This document shows, piece after piece, positions 38,510-52,765 of a stretch of 64,000 nt of DNA. The position numbers were made by a program, and so were the translations under genes. The DNA is taken from the NCBI GenBank assembly GCA_964016885.1, contig OZ024742.1:181970001-182034000 (forward strand), read 5' to 3'. The first letter of the stretch is position 1. Every line of letters starts with the position of its first letter. The DNA comes from Eledone cirrhosa. Taxonomy: Eukaryota. The notes beneath the pieces are model-generated. The model did not search any database. It saw nothing but the letters and a program-made list of their open reading frames with translations, and was not told the origin of the DNA.

Positions 38510-40030
38510 TGTGACATGTGATATCATACAGGTATGGTGTGAGGGCTATACCAGATATACCAGATGTGACTAGTAATATCATACAGGTATAGTGTAAGGA
38601 CTATACCAGATGTCGCATATGTGACATGTGACATGATACAGGTATAGTGTAAGGATTATACCAGATGTACCAGATGTGACATGTTATATAATGCAGGTAT
38701 AGTGTGAGGACTATATCAGCTGCACCAGATGTGATATTTGATACCATACATATATAGTGTAAGGATTATACCAGATGTACCAGATGTGACATTTGATAGC
38801 ATGCATGTTTAGTTTGAGGATTATACCAGATGTACCAGATGTGACATTTCATACCTACATGTATAGTGTAATGATTATACCAGATGCATCATATGTGACA
38901 TGTGATATCATACAGCTATAGTGTCAGGACTTATATTAGATGTGCTAGATGTGACATGCAATATCATAGTGTGGGGATTATACTATTGCCGATGTACTAG
39001 ATGTGACATGTTGCACTGTACATGTGTAGTATGATGATCTTTATCATTGGTAATGTACCAGATGTAATGAGTGACACACTCCTGATATAGTGTGATAAGC
39101 TATATCATTGATGATGTAGCAAATGTTACAGGTGTATATAGGTGTAGTGTGATAATCTCTCCTAAAGGTAATATGTCATGGTATGTCTTTATTTATCTAG
39201 TTACTTCTATTGTATGGGTGAAGGCACGTGGTTAGTGGTTAGAGCGTCGAATTCGCAACCGTGAGTTTAGGAGTTCTTTTCGCGGACCGGGTGATGTGTA
39301 GTGTTCCTAAGTAATACAATTTATTTCATTTTGCTCCAGTTCACTCAGCTGTAGAAATGAGTTGCGACGTCACTGGTGCCAAATTGTATCGGACTTTGCC
39401 GTTCCGTTGGACAATATCGGTGGCATGGAGAGAGGAAACTGGTATGCATGGGTGAGTGCTGGTCTTCCACAAATAACCTTGCTTGGATTTCTGCCTCGGA
39501 GAGGACATTTTTAGGTAAAAATAGCCATGATCGTGCATGACTAGAGGGGTCTTTTTTTTACTTCTCTTGTATATAGAGTGTGTCCCCCAAAAATGTATAC
39601 ACTTTAACAGCATTCTAATAAATAATGCCTGTACAGTTAATCAAAGTGTGTGTATATTTTTTCTGGACACTCTTTATGTCTAACATAGTGTAACTCATGG
39701 TGCATGACATTGTACCGGCGTAGTGTGATGGTTTATAACATTGATGATGTACCAGGTGTGATAATTGACATTGTATATGTATGATGGAAAGGGTTGGATC
39801 ATCCCTGGTGCACCATGCGGCACGATGCACATGTGGCATTGGTATGATGAGTTATATCATTGCAGGTATATCCGGTGTGACAGGTGACATGGCCAACGTG
39901 TAGTGTGATGGCCTAGGTTATCAGTAATACGTCAATTGTGACATGTGGCATTAAATAGGCGTAGGGTGAGAGATTAAATCATTAATTCTGCGCCATGATA
40001 TAATAATAGTGGCTTAGATGACATACAATA
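38510..40030. repeat. 55-60-bp minisatellite interrupted by a SINE
   Basis: tgtgacatgtgatatcatacaggtatagtgtaaggattataccagatgtaccaga-like units at 38510, 38565, 38620, 38675 and onward; degenerate units resume ~39700-40030. Confidence 0.85.
39221..39553 (+). mobile_element. tRNA-derived SINE (family B)
   Basis: aaggcacgtggttagtggttagagcg tRNA-like head; central ttgctccagttcactcagctg; T-rich end. Confidence 0.65.
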
Positions 40031-40034
40031 GCCT

Positions 40035-40690
40035 CACAGAAGAGCTAGACAATAGGGCAGTAGTAGAAAACCAATTAGATAATAAGGCGATATGTCATGT
40101 ATAGAACACAACGAAAACTGATAAGGCGACAATAGGAGGACAGGGAAATTAGAAAATAGGACCGCAGGATAATAGATCAGCAGGACAATTTAATAATAAG
40201 GTTATCGAACATCAGAATAAGAAAACAGGACAATTGCTCAACAGTACTACACGACAAAATACTATAAGGCATCACGACATGAAGAGAATTGGACAACAGA
40301 ATAAAAAGGTAATATGACTAAAGGATGATAGGGTAACTAAACAATAGGACATGAAATCGAAACAATAGAACAATATGATTACTGGTCAACAGAAGGCCGA
40401 TACGATGATATATAGAACGCCTATATATAGGATAACAAAATAATAAAGCAATAGGGTATAACGTTGATATGAGGATAAACAAAAGAAAATGATATTAAAA
40501 ACTCTGTGATATGATCATAAGACAAGGGGAAAACGAGACAACAGGACAATGGGAAAACAGAACAAAAGAACAAAATAAGATTATAGAATAACAGAGCTAT
40601 AGGGCAATAGAAACAGCTATAGGGCAATAGAACAGAAATATAGAACATGAAGAGCAGGATGAGAAAGCAATAGGACAGGAAGACAATACT
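40035..40690. repeat. Degenerate ~8-bp (ACAATAGG-like) purine-rich satellite
   Basis: Recurrent gacaatag / caatagga / aatagggc motifs. Confidence 0.55.
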
Positions 40691-41001
40691 AAATTTGAAG
40701 AATTGATCATGTTGATTTTGCTTCGTTCTTCAGCCATATTCAGAAAGGTGACTCTCTGAATACCGCTGAAGAACGTGGCAAAATCAACTTGCTTTGGTAA
40801 ACTCCAATTACCTAGAATTGTATAAACCGGGTTGGCATGTATTTTAAACAATATATATATACATATACACTAAAGAGAGACAAACACGATTATATAATTA
40901 TATGTGTTCAAGTCACATATAGTTATATATCCGTGTTACTGTATTATAAGGCTCTGAACATTTTTATATATATATAAAGAGAGAGAGAGAGAGAGAGAGA
41001 G

Positions 41002-41127
41002 AGTTCAGAGTCCAGAAATAGCCGTCGAAACGGCTTGAGCCCTGCGGTAAGGGTTAAACTTTTTCCTATACATACACACACACACATATAGTCTTCAAAT
41101 TTATTATTATTGCTATATAATATGTAT

Positions 41128-41213
<86 letters not shown>

Positions 41214-41302
41214 TTCAAGAGTAACCAATCTTAAAGAGAGAGATGGAGATAGGAGAGGAGATATGAGAGGAGAGATTGGTGAATCAGTTAGAAGCCAAAG
41301 CG

Positions 41303-41376
<74 letters not shown>

Positions 41377-41500
41377 CATATATATAACGAAGGAAATGTG
41401 GTAAGGAACCAGGTGGACCATAACGCACTAAAGTACTCAATACTTAGGGTAGTAGAGTGGGTAATAGGAACAAGTAAGACCCCGACGGCTGAGCTCAAGC
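41002..41500. mobile_element. Two separate Naiad-end fragments: half-HHR 41002-41068 and tail plus antisense half-HHR 41386-41500
   Basis: Match 18136-18197 and 14281-14417 respectively. Confidence 0.8.
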
Positions 41501-41600
41501 CGTTTCGACGGCTAATTCTGTTTATATATATATATATATATGTTGTGTGTGTGTGTGCGCGTGTGTGTGTGTGTGTGTGTATGTATATATGTACATATGT

Positions 41601-41828
<228 letters not shown>

Positions 41829-42049
41829 TAAAGAGAGACGAACACGGATATATAACTATATGTGTTCAAGTCAGATATAGTTATATATCCGTGTTACTGT
41901 ATTATAAGGCTCGGAAAATTATATATATATATATATGTCCAAAAATCATATATATATATATGTCCGAAAATTATATATATACGTATGTCCCAAGGCTCTG
42001 ATACCATCAACACTATAAACACAGAGCTGGCATATCTAAGAACTGACCA

Positions 42050-42105
42050 ACTGCCTGATGAGGTCATAGCCATTCAATGGCTATCATCGAAATATATATA
42101 GCAGT
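42050..42105 (+). ncRNA. Minimal type I hammerhead motif within a ~170-bp TA-flanked element (~41982-42150)
   Basis: actgc CTGATGA ggtc-atagccat-tca-atggctat-catc GAAA T-ATAT-A TA gcagt. Confidence 0.85.
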
Positions 42106-42170
42106 AAATAAAGGATTATGAGTTCATGCAATTGACTTATGTTTCGTCACTATATATATATATATATATA

Positions 42171-42362
42171 TAGGAACGAGTGAGACCCCGACGGCTGAGC
42201 TCAAGCCGTTTCGACGGCTAATTCTGGACTGAATTAGCCGTCGAAACGGCTTGAGCTCAGCCGTCGGGGTCTCACTCGTTCCTATTACCCACTCTACTAC
42301 CCTAAGTATTGAGTACTTTGGTGCGTTATGGTCCACCTAGTTCCTTACCACATTTCCTTCGT

Positions 42363-42363
<1 letters not shown>
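42171..42363. mobile_element. Naiad-end mini-element, cleanest copy
   Basis: Perfect 54-bp arms 42171-42224 / 42231-42284 with 6-nt loop, then a 79-bp tail; TA flanks. Confidence 0.9.
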
Positions 42364-42397
<34 letters not shown>

Positions 42398-42519
42398 ACA
42401 TACCTATATATATATACCTATATATATATATATATAACTGTATATAGACACCACTGACTAATGGGCCCGGTATAAAGATTTAACTGCTATTTCTAGGTCT
42501 TCCTACAGTGTGAAGATCG

Positions 42520-45500
42520 TGTGTGTGCGTGGAATGCGGTTTGATGTTGTGTGTATGTGTACTTTTATGTTAGTGGGTATATGTGTGTATGTGTATAAAG
42601 TGATGTGTGTGTGTGTGTTTATTAGTGTGCACGTGTGTCTGTTTAATGACGTGTGTGTTGGTTTGCACGAATTCGCTTTCAGTGATGTGTGTGTGTGTGT
42701 TCGTGTGCAGGTGTGCCTGTTCAATGATATATGTGTGTGTGTGTGTGTGTGTGTGCGTGTGTGCGTGCGTGTGTGTGTAAGTTAGTGTGCCTGTGTGTCT
42801 GTTCATGATATGTGTGTGTGTGTTAGTGTGCCTGTGTGTCTGTTCAGTGTTGTGTGTGTATGTGTGCGCGTGTGTGTGTTAGTGTCGCTGTTTGTCTGTT
42901 CAGTGTGTGTGTGTCTGTGTGTGTTAGTGTGCCTGTATGTCTGTTCAGTGTGTGTGTGTTAGTGTACCTGTGTGTCTGTTCTGTGTGTGTGTGTATGTGT
43001 TAGTATGTGTGTTAGTGTGCCTGTGTGTCTGTTCAGTGTGTGTGTGTGTGTGTGTTAGTGCGTGTGTTAGTGTGTGTGTTAGTATGTGTGTTAGTGTGCC
43101 TGTGTGTCTGTTCAGTGTTGTGTGTGTATGTGTGTGTGTGTGTTAGTACCCCTGTGTGTATGTTCAGTGTGTGTGCGTGTGTGTTTGTTCAGTGTTGTGT
43201 ATGTGTGTGTGTGTGTGCCTGTGTGTCTGTTCAGTGGTGTGTGTGTGTGTGTGTATGTGTGTGTTAATGTACCTGTGTGTCTGTTCAGTGTTGTGTATGT
43301 GTTTGCGTGTGTGTGTGTGTATGTGTGTTAGTATGCCTGTGTGTCTGTTCAGTGATGTGTGTGTGTGTGTTAGTGTGCCTGTGTGTCTGTTCAGTGGTGT
43401 GTGTGTGTGTGTGTGTGTATGTGTGTGTTAGTGTACCTGTGTGTCTGTTCAGTGTGTGTGTGTGTATGTGTGTTAGTATGCCTGTGTGTCTGTTCAGTGA
43501 TGTGTGTGTGTGTGTTAGTGTGCTTGTGTGTTTGTTCAGTGGTGTGTGTGTGTGTGTGTTAGTGTGCCTGTGTGTCTGTTCAGTGTTGTATGTGTGTGTA
43601 TGTGTGTGTTCCGTGATGTGTCTATGTCTGTGTCCATGTGTATGTGTATGTGTGCGTGTGTATGTGTGTGTGTGTTCCGTAATGTGTACATGTCTGTGTA
43701 TATGTGTGTGTGTCCATGTGTGTGTGTGTGTGTGTGTGTGTTCAGTGATGTGTGTATGTCTGTGTCCATGTGTGTGTACGTCTGTGTCCATGTGTGTGTG
43801 TCTGTCGCCATGTGTGTGTCTGTCTGTGTCCATGTGTGTGTGTGTGTATGTCTGTGTCCATGTGTGTGTGTGTGTATGTCTGTGTCCATGTGTGTGTCTG
43901 TCTGTGTCCATGTGTGTGTGTGTATGTCTGTGTCCATGTGTGTTTATGTCTGTGTCAATGTGTGTGTGTATGTCTGTGTACATGTGTGTGTATGTTTGTG
44001 TCCATGTGTGTATGTCTCTCTCCATGTGTGTGTACGTCTGTGTCCATGTGCGTGTATGTCTCTCTCCATGTGTGTGTGTCTGTGTCCATGTGTGTGTGTC
44101 TCTGTCCATGTGTGTGTACGTCTGTGTACATGTGTGTGTATGTCTGTGTACATTTGTGTGTGTATGTGTCCATGTGTGTGTACGTCTGTGTCCATGTGTG
44201 TCTGTGTCCATGTATGTGTGTCTGTCTGTGTCCATGTGTGTATGCCTGTGTCCATGTGTGTGTGTATGTGTCCATGTGTGTGTCTGTCTGTGTCCTTGTG
44301 TGTGTGTGTATGTGTCCATGTGTGTGTGTCTGTGTACATGAGTGTGTGTGTATGTGTCCATGTGTGTGTGTGTGTCTGTGTCCATGTGTGTGTGTATGTC
44401 TGTTTCCATGTGTGTGTGTATGTCTGTATACATGTGCATGTATGTGTCCATGTGTGTGTGTGTCCATGTGTGTGTGTCTGTGTCCATGTGTGTGTGTCTG
44501 TGTACATGAGTGTGTGTGTATGTGTCCATGTGTGTGTGTATGTGTCCACGTGTGTGTATGTCTGTGTCCATGTGTGTGTATGTCTGTGTCCATGTGTGTG
44601 TATATGTCTGTGTCCATGTGTGTGTGTATGTCTGTGTACATGTGTGTGTATGTGTCCATGTGTGTGTGTGTCCATGTGTGTGTGTGTATGTGTCCATGTG
44701 TGTGTGTGTCTGTGTCCATGTGTGTGTCTGTCTGTGTCCATGTGTGTGTGTGTATGTGTCCATGTGTGTGTGTGTATGTCTCCATGTGTGTATGTCTGTG
44801 TCCATGTGTGTGTGTATGTCTGTGCACATGTGTGTGTATATCTGTGTCCATGTGTGTGTGTGTATGTGTTCATGTGTGTGTGTGTGTATGTCTGTGTCCA
44901 TGTGTGTGTGTGTGTATGTCTGTGTCCATGTGTGTGTCTGTCTGTGTCCATGTGTGTGTGTGTATGTCTGTGTCAATGTGTGTGTGTATGTCTGTGTACA
45001 TGTGTGTGTATGTTTGTGTCCATGTGTGTATGTCTCTCTCCATGTGTGTGTACGTCTGTGTCCATGTGTGTGTATGTCTCTCTCCATGTGTGTGTGTCTG
45101 TGTCCATGTGTGTGTGTCTATGTCCATGTGTGTGTACGTCTGTGTACATGTGTGTGTATGTCTGTGTACATTTGTGTGTGTATGTGTCCATGTGTGTGTA
45201 CGTCTGTGTCCATGTGTGTCTGTGTCCATGTATGTGTGTCTGTCTGTGTCCATGTGTGTATGCCTGTGTCCATGTGTGTGTGTATGTGTCCATGTGTGTG
45301 TCTGTCTGTGCCCTTGTGTGTGTGTGTATGTGTCCATGTGTGTGTGTCTGTGTACATGAGTGTGTGTGTATGTGTCCATGTGTGTGTGTGTGTCTGTGTC
45401 CATGTGTGTGTGTATGTCTGTTTCCATGTGTGTGTGTATGTCTGTATACATGTGCATGTATGTGTCCATGTGTGTGTGTGTCCATGTGTGTGTGTCTGTG

Positions 45501-46510
45501 TCCATGTGTGTGTGTCTGTGTACATGAGTGTGTGTGTATGTGTCCATGTGTGTGTGTATGTGTCCATGTGTGTGTATGTCTGTGTCCATGTGTGTGTATG
45601 TCTGTGTCCATGTGTGTGTATATGTCTGTGTCCATGTGTGTGTGTATGTCTGTGTACATGTGTGTGTATGTGTCCATGTGTGTGTGTGTCTGTCTGTGTC
45701 CATGTGTGTGTGTGTATGTGTCCATGTGTGTGTGTGTATGTCTCCATGTGTGTATGTCTGTGTCCATGTGTGTGTGTATGTCTGTGTACATGTGTGTGTA
45801 TATCTGTGTCCATGTGTGTGTGTGTATGTGTTCATGTGTGTGTATGTCTGTGTCCATGTGTGTGTGTGTGTATGTGTCCATGTGTGTGTGTATATGTGTC
45901 CATATGTGTGTGTGTATGTGTCCATGTGTGTGTGTGTATGTGTCCATGTGTGTGTATGTGTCCATGTGTGTGTGTGTATGTGTTCATGTGTGTGTGTGTG
46001 TGTATGTATCCATGTGTGTGTGTATGTGTCCATATGTGTGTGTGTATGTGTCCATATGTGTGTGCGTATGTCTCCATATGTGTGTGTATGTGTCCATGTG
46101 TTTGTGTGTATGTGTCCATGTGTGTGTGTATGTGTTTATGTGTGTGTGTGTGTGACATGTGTGTGTGTGTATGTGTCCATGTGTGTGTGTGTATGCGTCC
46201 ATGTGTGTTGTGTGTATGTGTCCATGTGTGTGTGTGTATGTGTCCTTGTGTGTGTGTGTATGTGTCCATGTGTGTGTGTGTGTCCATGTGTGTATGTGTC
46301 CATGTGTGTGTGTGTATGTGTCCATGTGTGTGTGTGTATGCGTCCATGTGTGTGTGTGTATGTGTCCATGTGTGTGTGTGTATATGTCCAAGTGTGTCTG
46401 TGTGTATGTGTCCATGTGTGTGTGTGTGTATGTGTTCATGTGTGTGTGTGTGTGTGTGTTCATGTGTGTGTGTGTGTGTGTGTGTTCATGTGTGTGTGTG
46501 TGTGTGTGTT
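42520..46510. repeat. ~4-kb complex (TG)-derived satellite
   Basis: Units (tg)n-ttagtgtgcctgtgtgtctgttcag up to ~43590, then (tg)n-tccatg units. Confidence 0.95.
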
Positions 46511-46609
46511 TGCCATAGAGAAACACCAATAAAATATAACCATCAGTTGATGAGTCAGGAAGGAAAGGACGATTGATATGTTAATATATTTCACGATGAA
46601 CTTCCGTGT

Positions 46610-47012
46610 AACACACACACACACACAAACACATACACACACACACAGACACACACACATATATATATATGCACACACACACACAAATACACACACATAG
46701 ACATACACACACACTCACACACAGACACACATACATACACATATATATATATATATGCACACACACACAAATACACACACACAGACATACACACACACTC
46801 ACACACACAGACACACATATATATATATATATACACACACAAACACAGACACAGGCACACACACACAGGCACACACACACAGACACACACACATATATAT
46901 ATGCACACACACACACACACACACAGAGACATACACACACACTCACACACACACATATATATATACACACACACAAACACAGACACAGGCACACACACAT
47001 TCACACACACAC

Positions 47013-47071
<59 letters not shown>

Positions 47072-48269
47072 CACAAACACACATACACAGACATACACAC
47101 ACACACACATACAAACATACACAAATACGCACATAAGCATACACACACACAAACACACACAAAAACACTAATTAGAACACACATATACACATACACTCAC
47201 TCACTAGTAAGTTAGCAAAGACACACATACACACATACATTACCCTCACACATACACTCAGAGAGGGAAAGAGAGAGAGAGAGAGATTGGGAGAGAGAGA
47301 GAGAGAGAGAAAGAGAAAGACCGACAGTCAGACAGGCATACATGCCACATACAATTATATTTCCAGTGATACAGTGATTTGATACACATACACACACACA
47401 TATTAACACACACACACACACACACACACTCCAACACTAACACAGACATATACACATAGACACATAACCATACACATCTTACGTACCCGCGCATAAACGT
47501 ACTCACACAGATAATCAGCCACGGACCTTCCCTTACACAAACATCCACACAGCGAGAAAGAGAGGGAGAGGGGGAGGAGAGAGAGAGAGCAAGAGAGAGA
47601 GAGGGGAATGATAGAGAGAGAGAAGGGGGAGAGGGGGAGGAGAGAAAGCAAGAGAGAGGGAGAGGGGAAGGAGAGAGAGAGAGAGAGAGAGTGGGGGGGG
47701 ATAGCGAGAGAGAGGGGGAGGAGAGAGAGCAAGTGAGAGAGACGGGGAGGAGAGAGAGAGCAAGAAAGAGAGCAAGAGAGAGAGGAAAAGTGAGAGAGCA
47801 AGTGAGAGAGAGAGCAAGAGAGAGAGAGAGAGAGATATGGGAGAGAGTCAGACAGGCATACATTCACATATAAAAATAGTTCCAATGATGTAGTGACTTG
47901 ATAGACATACACACACACATATACATACATATAGATATAATTACATTGATAAATACAGTGATTTGAGAGTGCTTACTCAACACATGGACACACAAACACA
48001 ATCAAACACACAGTCATAATCACACACACACACACACACATAAGCAACACACACAAACAATCACACAAATCTCACACACAGACACACTCATAAGCAACAC
48101 ACAAATATAGATACTCACATATATGCAACATACACAGACACACATACACAACACACAAATATACGTACACACATATACAACACACACTAGGGAGCGCCTA
48201 AATTAATTAATTCTACAGAAGATATTAATTGTTATCTTCATCTAGAATAATTCTGCATTCATAAACATC

Positions 48270-48366
<97 letters not shown>

Positions 48367-48409
48367 AAGAGAGAGAGAGAGAGAGAAAGAGTAGACACAT
48401 ACACACAAG

Positions 48410-48443
<34 letters not shown>

Positions 48444-48574
48444 GTATGTATATATATACACATATGTATATATGTGTATATATATATATGTACATATGTA
48501 TATACATATATGTATACATATATGTATCTCTCTCTCTCTATATATATGTATACGTATATATATGTATGTATATA

Positions 48575-48670
<96 letters not shown>

Positions 48671-48700
48671 TGGATGAGGCTTGGGTAGCTCACACTGAAG
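46610..48700. repeat. Compound (CA)n/(TA)n/(GA)n low-complexity region
   Basis: Directly visible; includes a diverged ~80-bp duplication agtcagacaggcataca... at ~47326 and ~47846. Confidence 0.9.
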
Positions 48701-49915
48701 TTCTTTGATTCATATCTGTTGGCTAGGTGGATAGTAGACGTGGTAGAAAAATGGACGTGTGGGCGGTAGATTTGGTATTAAAATGGCGGGGTGGGTGGTA
48801 GAATTGGTAGAATGCGTAGTAATATGGCTGGGTGTATTGTAAAATTTATAGAGCGTCAGACAAAATAGCTTACAGTATTTAGTCACCCCTCTTTACCTTC
48901 TGAGTTCAAAGCTCATCCGAAATACATTTTACATTACATCCAAACGAAGTTCATAAAAATGCATAACAGTCAATATATTTTAAGTATTGTAACCGATTCT
49001 AAACTATAAGGTAGTTCCGATTTGTTTCGGTTACAGTTTAGAAGAGAAACGGCCACGTTCCTAGCTATTATTAGGTTTGGTATCTCGATAACAGTTATTA
49101 CAATGTCTTCGAGACTGGAAGGTTGACGGGACCTTGATTTCCTTACACATCCAAAGTTCGAGGAACCGACGGGTTATCTGCTTTGGCAAAAATAATTTAA
49201 TAAAACTTATCAAATTTGAATAAATTTGTTTGTGATCTCCGACGTCGAGTATTCCAGTTGTTTGAACAACGGAAATAATTCTCATTAAATTAACGTGCAA
49301 GTGGCTGAGCACTTTTCAAACACGATTCAGCTTGACACTTAGTGTCACTTGATATTTGTCTGTATGAGTTTATCAGACCTTTCTCTCCTTCGTAATTTCA
49401 GCTAAGCGCCGTTTCTGGTTGTGCATTTGTTTACTTTATCGTTCCTGTCTGCGTTTTGCACTGTATTTACGTCTCGTCGTTTGTCCTTTAAAATACTCCA
49501 GGACAGTGTTTAAATATCTTGATAGACACTGTGGCTCCGAATAGATTAGCAGTTCTACCAATAGACGTTAAAACTGTTGAAAACCATTTCAAGAGCTAAT
49601 GACCATGGCATTATTTGTGCTATTACCACCTTTGTCTCGCCGATGTACCAATCTTGTCCCTTCCTGGATATCTGTCCATTTCTCAGCGCATGTATTGCCA
49701 CTTGTATCTTACTCCACGGACAACACTTTGGCTTATGTCAGACGATGTAAAACCGAGTGGACCAGCTGTACCGTCGGTAGGGGGTCTAAACTGTCAGAGG
49801 TCCATCTAGACGGCTCAAGTTCTCTTTCATTTGTCTATTTGTTTTCAAAATAATTTTTTTTCAAGGTTTCCCCATCAAAAAAACTCTGTCATTGTCTTCT
49901 CTTTGTGAATATTCC

Positions 49916-49998
<83 letters not shown>

Positions 49999-50126
49999 AA
50001 AGAGGGAATATTCGGTGGGAATCCGGCATGGGTTATATATGAAGTAAGTTATGCAGTCCATATATACCTACAGTCTAAGTTTCGTGTATGCAGTGCATAT
50101 CTGCATCCATTCTTCTCTCTTCAACC

Positions 50127-50225
<99 letters not shown>

Positions 50226-50228
50226 TAT

Positions 50229-50602
50229 AACCAAAGATTAATATGGTTCATTGATTACTCAATGAATATAGTTTTACAATAGATTAAAAGCATTCTACAA
50301 TGTAGTTTTCTGGAGTTATTTATATTATTCAAAATATTAATAAAAGAAGACATTCACATAATCAAAATATATGTTTATTATATATATTTCGAAGGTACTG
50401 TGCTGTTTTTAAGTACGTCCTCGTCAGATAAAATACTGCCAATACTGGAATTGAACCATCAAGACCGTTGAGGTATGTCATACATCAATTCATGTATTTT
50501 ATCTGACGAGGATGTACTGAAAAAACAGCACAGTACCTTCGAAATATATATAATAAAACATATATTTTGATTATGTGAATGTCTTCATTTATTAATATTT
50601 TG

Positions 50603-50610
<8 letters not shown>
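50229..50610. mobile_element. Palindromic HHR element with one-sided tail
   Basis: Arms 50321-50436 / 50494-50610; tail 50229-50320; (TA)n on both sides. Confidence 0.85.
50495..50560 (+). ncRNA. Minimal type I hammerhead motif (mirror copy on minus strand at 50372-50435)
   Basis: tattttat CTGACGA ggatgtactg-aaaaaacagca-cagtaccttc GAAA T-ATAT-A TA ataaaaca. Confidence 0.85.
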
Positions 50611-50642
<32 letters not shown>

Positions 50643-51210
50643 TCTTTCCTCTCTCCTTCCGCCCATCTCTCTTTCTTTCATCCCTTAGATACGATAGACA
50701 GCAGACATATTTTTGTTTGCTTTGGCGAAAGTCTAAATTGCTCCACCCATCCATTGTTAACCTGTTGCACATTTTACAATATCATTTGTTTTAATTCACT
50801 GACAAATTTGTTGTTTACTTATTTCTAGTCGTAATACAATTATGTAATTATCTCTCTTTCTCTCGAAAGACACCCACAAGGTTCCTATTTATTCTTTGTT
50901 GTGATATTATCTCACATACGTCTTAACAACAGAGCGATTCTCCAGACTGTTGAGCAAACTCGTGTTAAAAGAGAAATCCCACCTTAATGAACGAAATTCA
51001 CGCTAGACGGTTGCTGGAGAGGTAGATATGCAGTTGTCAGTTCGTCTTGTCTAACTGTTTCATTTTAAACTAAGTAGGTGGTTTATTCTTTACACAAATT
51101 CTCACAATGTCATGAAAAGCCATTGACATTGTATAGCTGATAGAAACAAAACACATTATATGTACTGGGTAATTACTGGCCTTGTGCCAAAAGTAGAGAC
51201 AATTATTAGA

Positions 51211-51402
51211 GGGCAGTGGATTGGCAGTATCGGCAGAGGGTCGAACGCCATGCTTTGACGCATAGAGTTACGGCCCTTTCCAATCTGAGTTCAAATCCCG
51301 CCGAGGTTAACTTTGCCTTTCATCCTTACGGGGTCGATAAAAAAAGTACCAGTAATGTACTGCTTAATTGCTGGCCTTGTGCCAAGAGTAGAAACAATTA
51401 TT
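51211..51402 (+). mobile_element. tRNA-derived SINE (family A), preceded by the 3' end of another copy (~51160-51207)
   Basis: Highly similar to 56774-56956. Confidence 0.85.
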
Positions 51403-51493
51403 ATAGGGAACCGACAAGGAAGATAAAAAGAAAATGAACTGAAGAAAAGGAAAGGATTAAGCAACGAAAGAAAGGAAGAGGGAGGAGCAGTCA

Positions 51494-52380
51494 CTACACC
51501 CCAGTCTGTGCGGTGCTTGACTCGTGCCCGTCGGACAAAACGGCAAGAGTGTTACCTATGAGAATGGCCAAAGACACCCGCTGCAACAACCACCCCACCT
51601 CACGGGGCTCGTTCCTCAAGCGGGCCGCCGGTTCATCGAAGGAAATCAGTAGTGTAGAGATCAAGGGCACCTTAGGTTTCGGATGAGACCGGTGCAAAGA
51701 GAAAGCAGCCAGTTAGGCCCCGGTATTTGACTATCTTCCTCTCCTCCATAGTGGCATGTAGCGGAGCCCAGGTTTGTGGCCGAAGCGACAAGTTTGGAGG
51801 CGGTGAATGAGTCGCTGCCGTTCTTGTCCAAAATTAGGAATGTTCTCGCTCGAAAAGGAAGAATGAATGTTATTCTGTCGAGGCACTTACCATCACCATG
51901 GTTGAGGCCAGCTGGCTCCTGTTGTTTGAGAAGGGAAACCGGAAGCGTCGAGGCTCCTTCTAATGCTCCATTCAAGCAGTCATGGGTGAGCACTAAGGCG
52001 GCAAGATAACGGGTGCAGACCGAAATTATCTACCACTACTTCAAAACGGCATCTGGGTAACTCGCCCATGTGGAGGCCGAGGCGCTATGGCACTCTAGTG
52101 GAAGGGTACCGTTTCATGAGGAAGATACCGAATGAAACCAAGCGCCACTGTTTGGTTGGGAAGCGGAGCGTAAGCAGGCGTGACGGTGTTAGTCTGAGGA
52201 AGACTCGATTGGCATGAAGGTGTAATTGCACTTGACGACATCCCAGTTACGTTCGACATTTGTACACTGGGGGACAGCAAGAACATCTTCGGTCCAATCA
52301 ACCAGAGCTGACTCCAGTTCCCAGGCTACGTCAGATTCTGTCGTCTTTTGGAGGATTTCGTTAATGTATTTTTGAGCTGA
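51494..52380 (-). pseudogene. Decayed 3' part of a CRE-like non-LTR retrotransposon (restriction-like endonuclease region)
   Basis: GC-rich island; EPAGLNHGDGKCLDRITF..LILD...DSF resembles EP.GL.R.DGKRPDG.T...WD.T..DT, and EPREVGWLLQRVSLAILIGN resembles QRLSLAIQRGN (motifs recalled, not searched). Confidence 0.6.
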
Positions 52381-52461
52381 TTTAATATGTATGTATGTCA
52401 CATATCTATATTACACACACACACATACACATATATACATAATATATATATATACATATAT

Positions 52462-52567
52462 ATAGGAAAAATTGGAGTCATACTTTTTCCTATTTCCCAC
52501 TCTACTACCCTAAGTATTGAGTACTCTGGTGCGTTATGGTCCATCTGGTTCCTTACCACAATTCCTT

Positions 52568-52656
<89 letters not shown>

Positions 52657-52730
52657 GGAGAAAGTATGACCCCGACGGCAGAGCTCAAGCCGTTTCGACG
52701 GCTATCTGGTTCCTTACCAAAACTTCTCCG

Positions 52731-52733
<3 letters not shown>
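52462..52733. mobile_element. Two Naiad-end mini-elements separated by (TA)n (52462-52572 and 52656-52733)
   Basis: The first is almost only tail with a tiny palindrome; the second is an antisense half-HHR joined to the last ~28 nt of the tail. Confidence 0.8.

Positions 52734-52765
<32 letters not shown>

Noticed and set aside
38510-39150. CRISPR-like array
   Set aside because: Units are wholly repeated with no unique spacers, the context is eukaryotic, and there are no cas genes.
49380-49860. Moderately GC-rich unique stretch as a host exon
   Set aside because: No recognisable protein motif or convincing splice pair by eye; would need RNA-seq or BLASTX.
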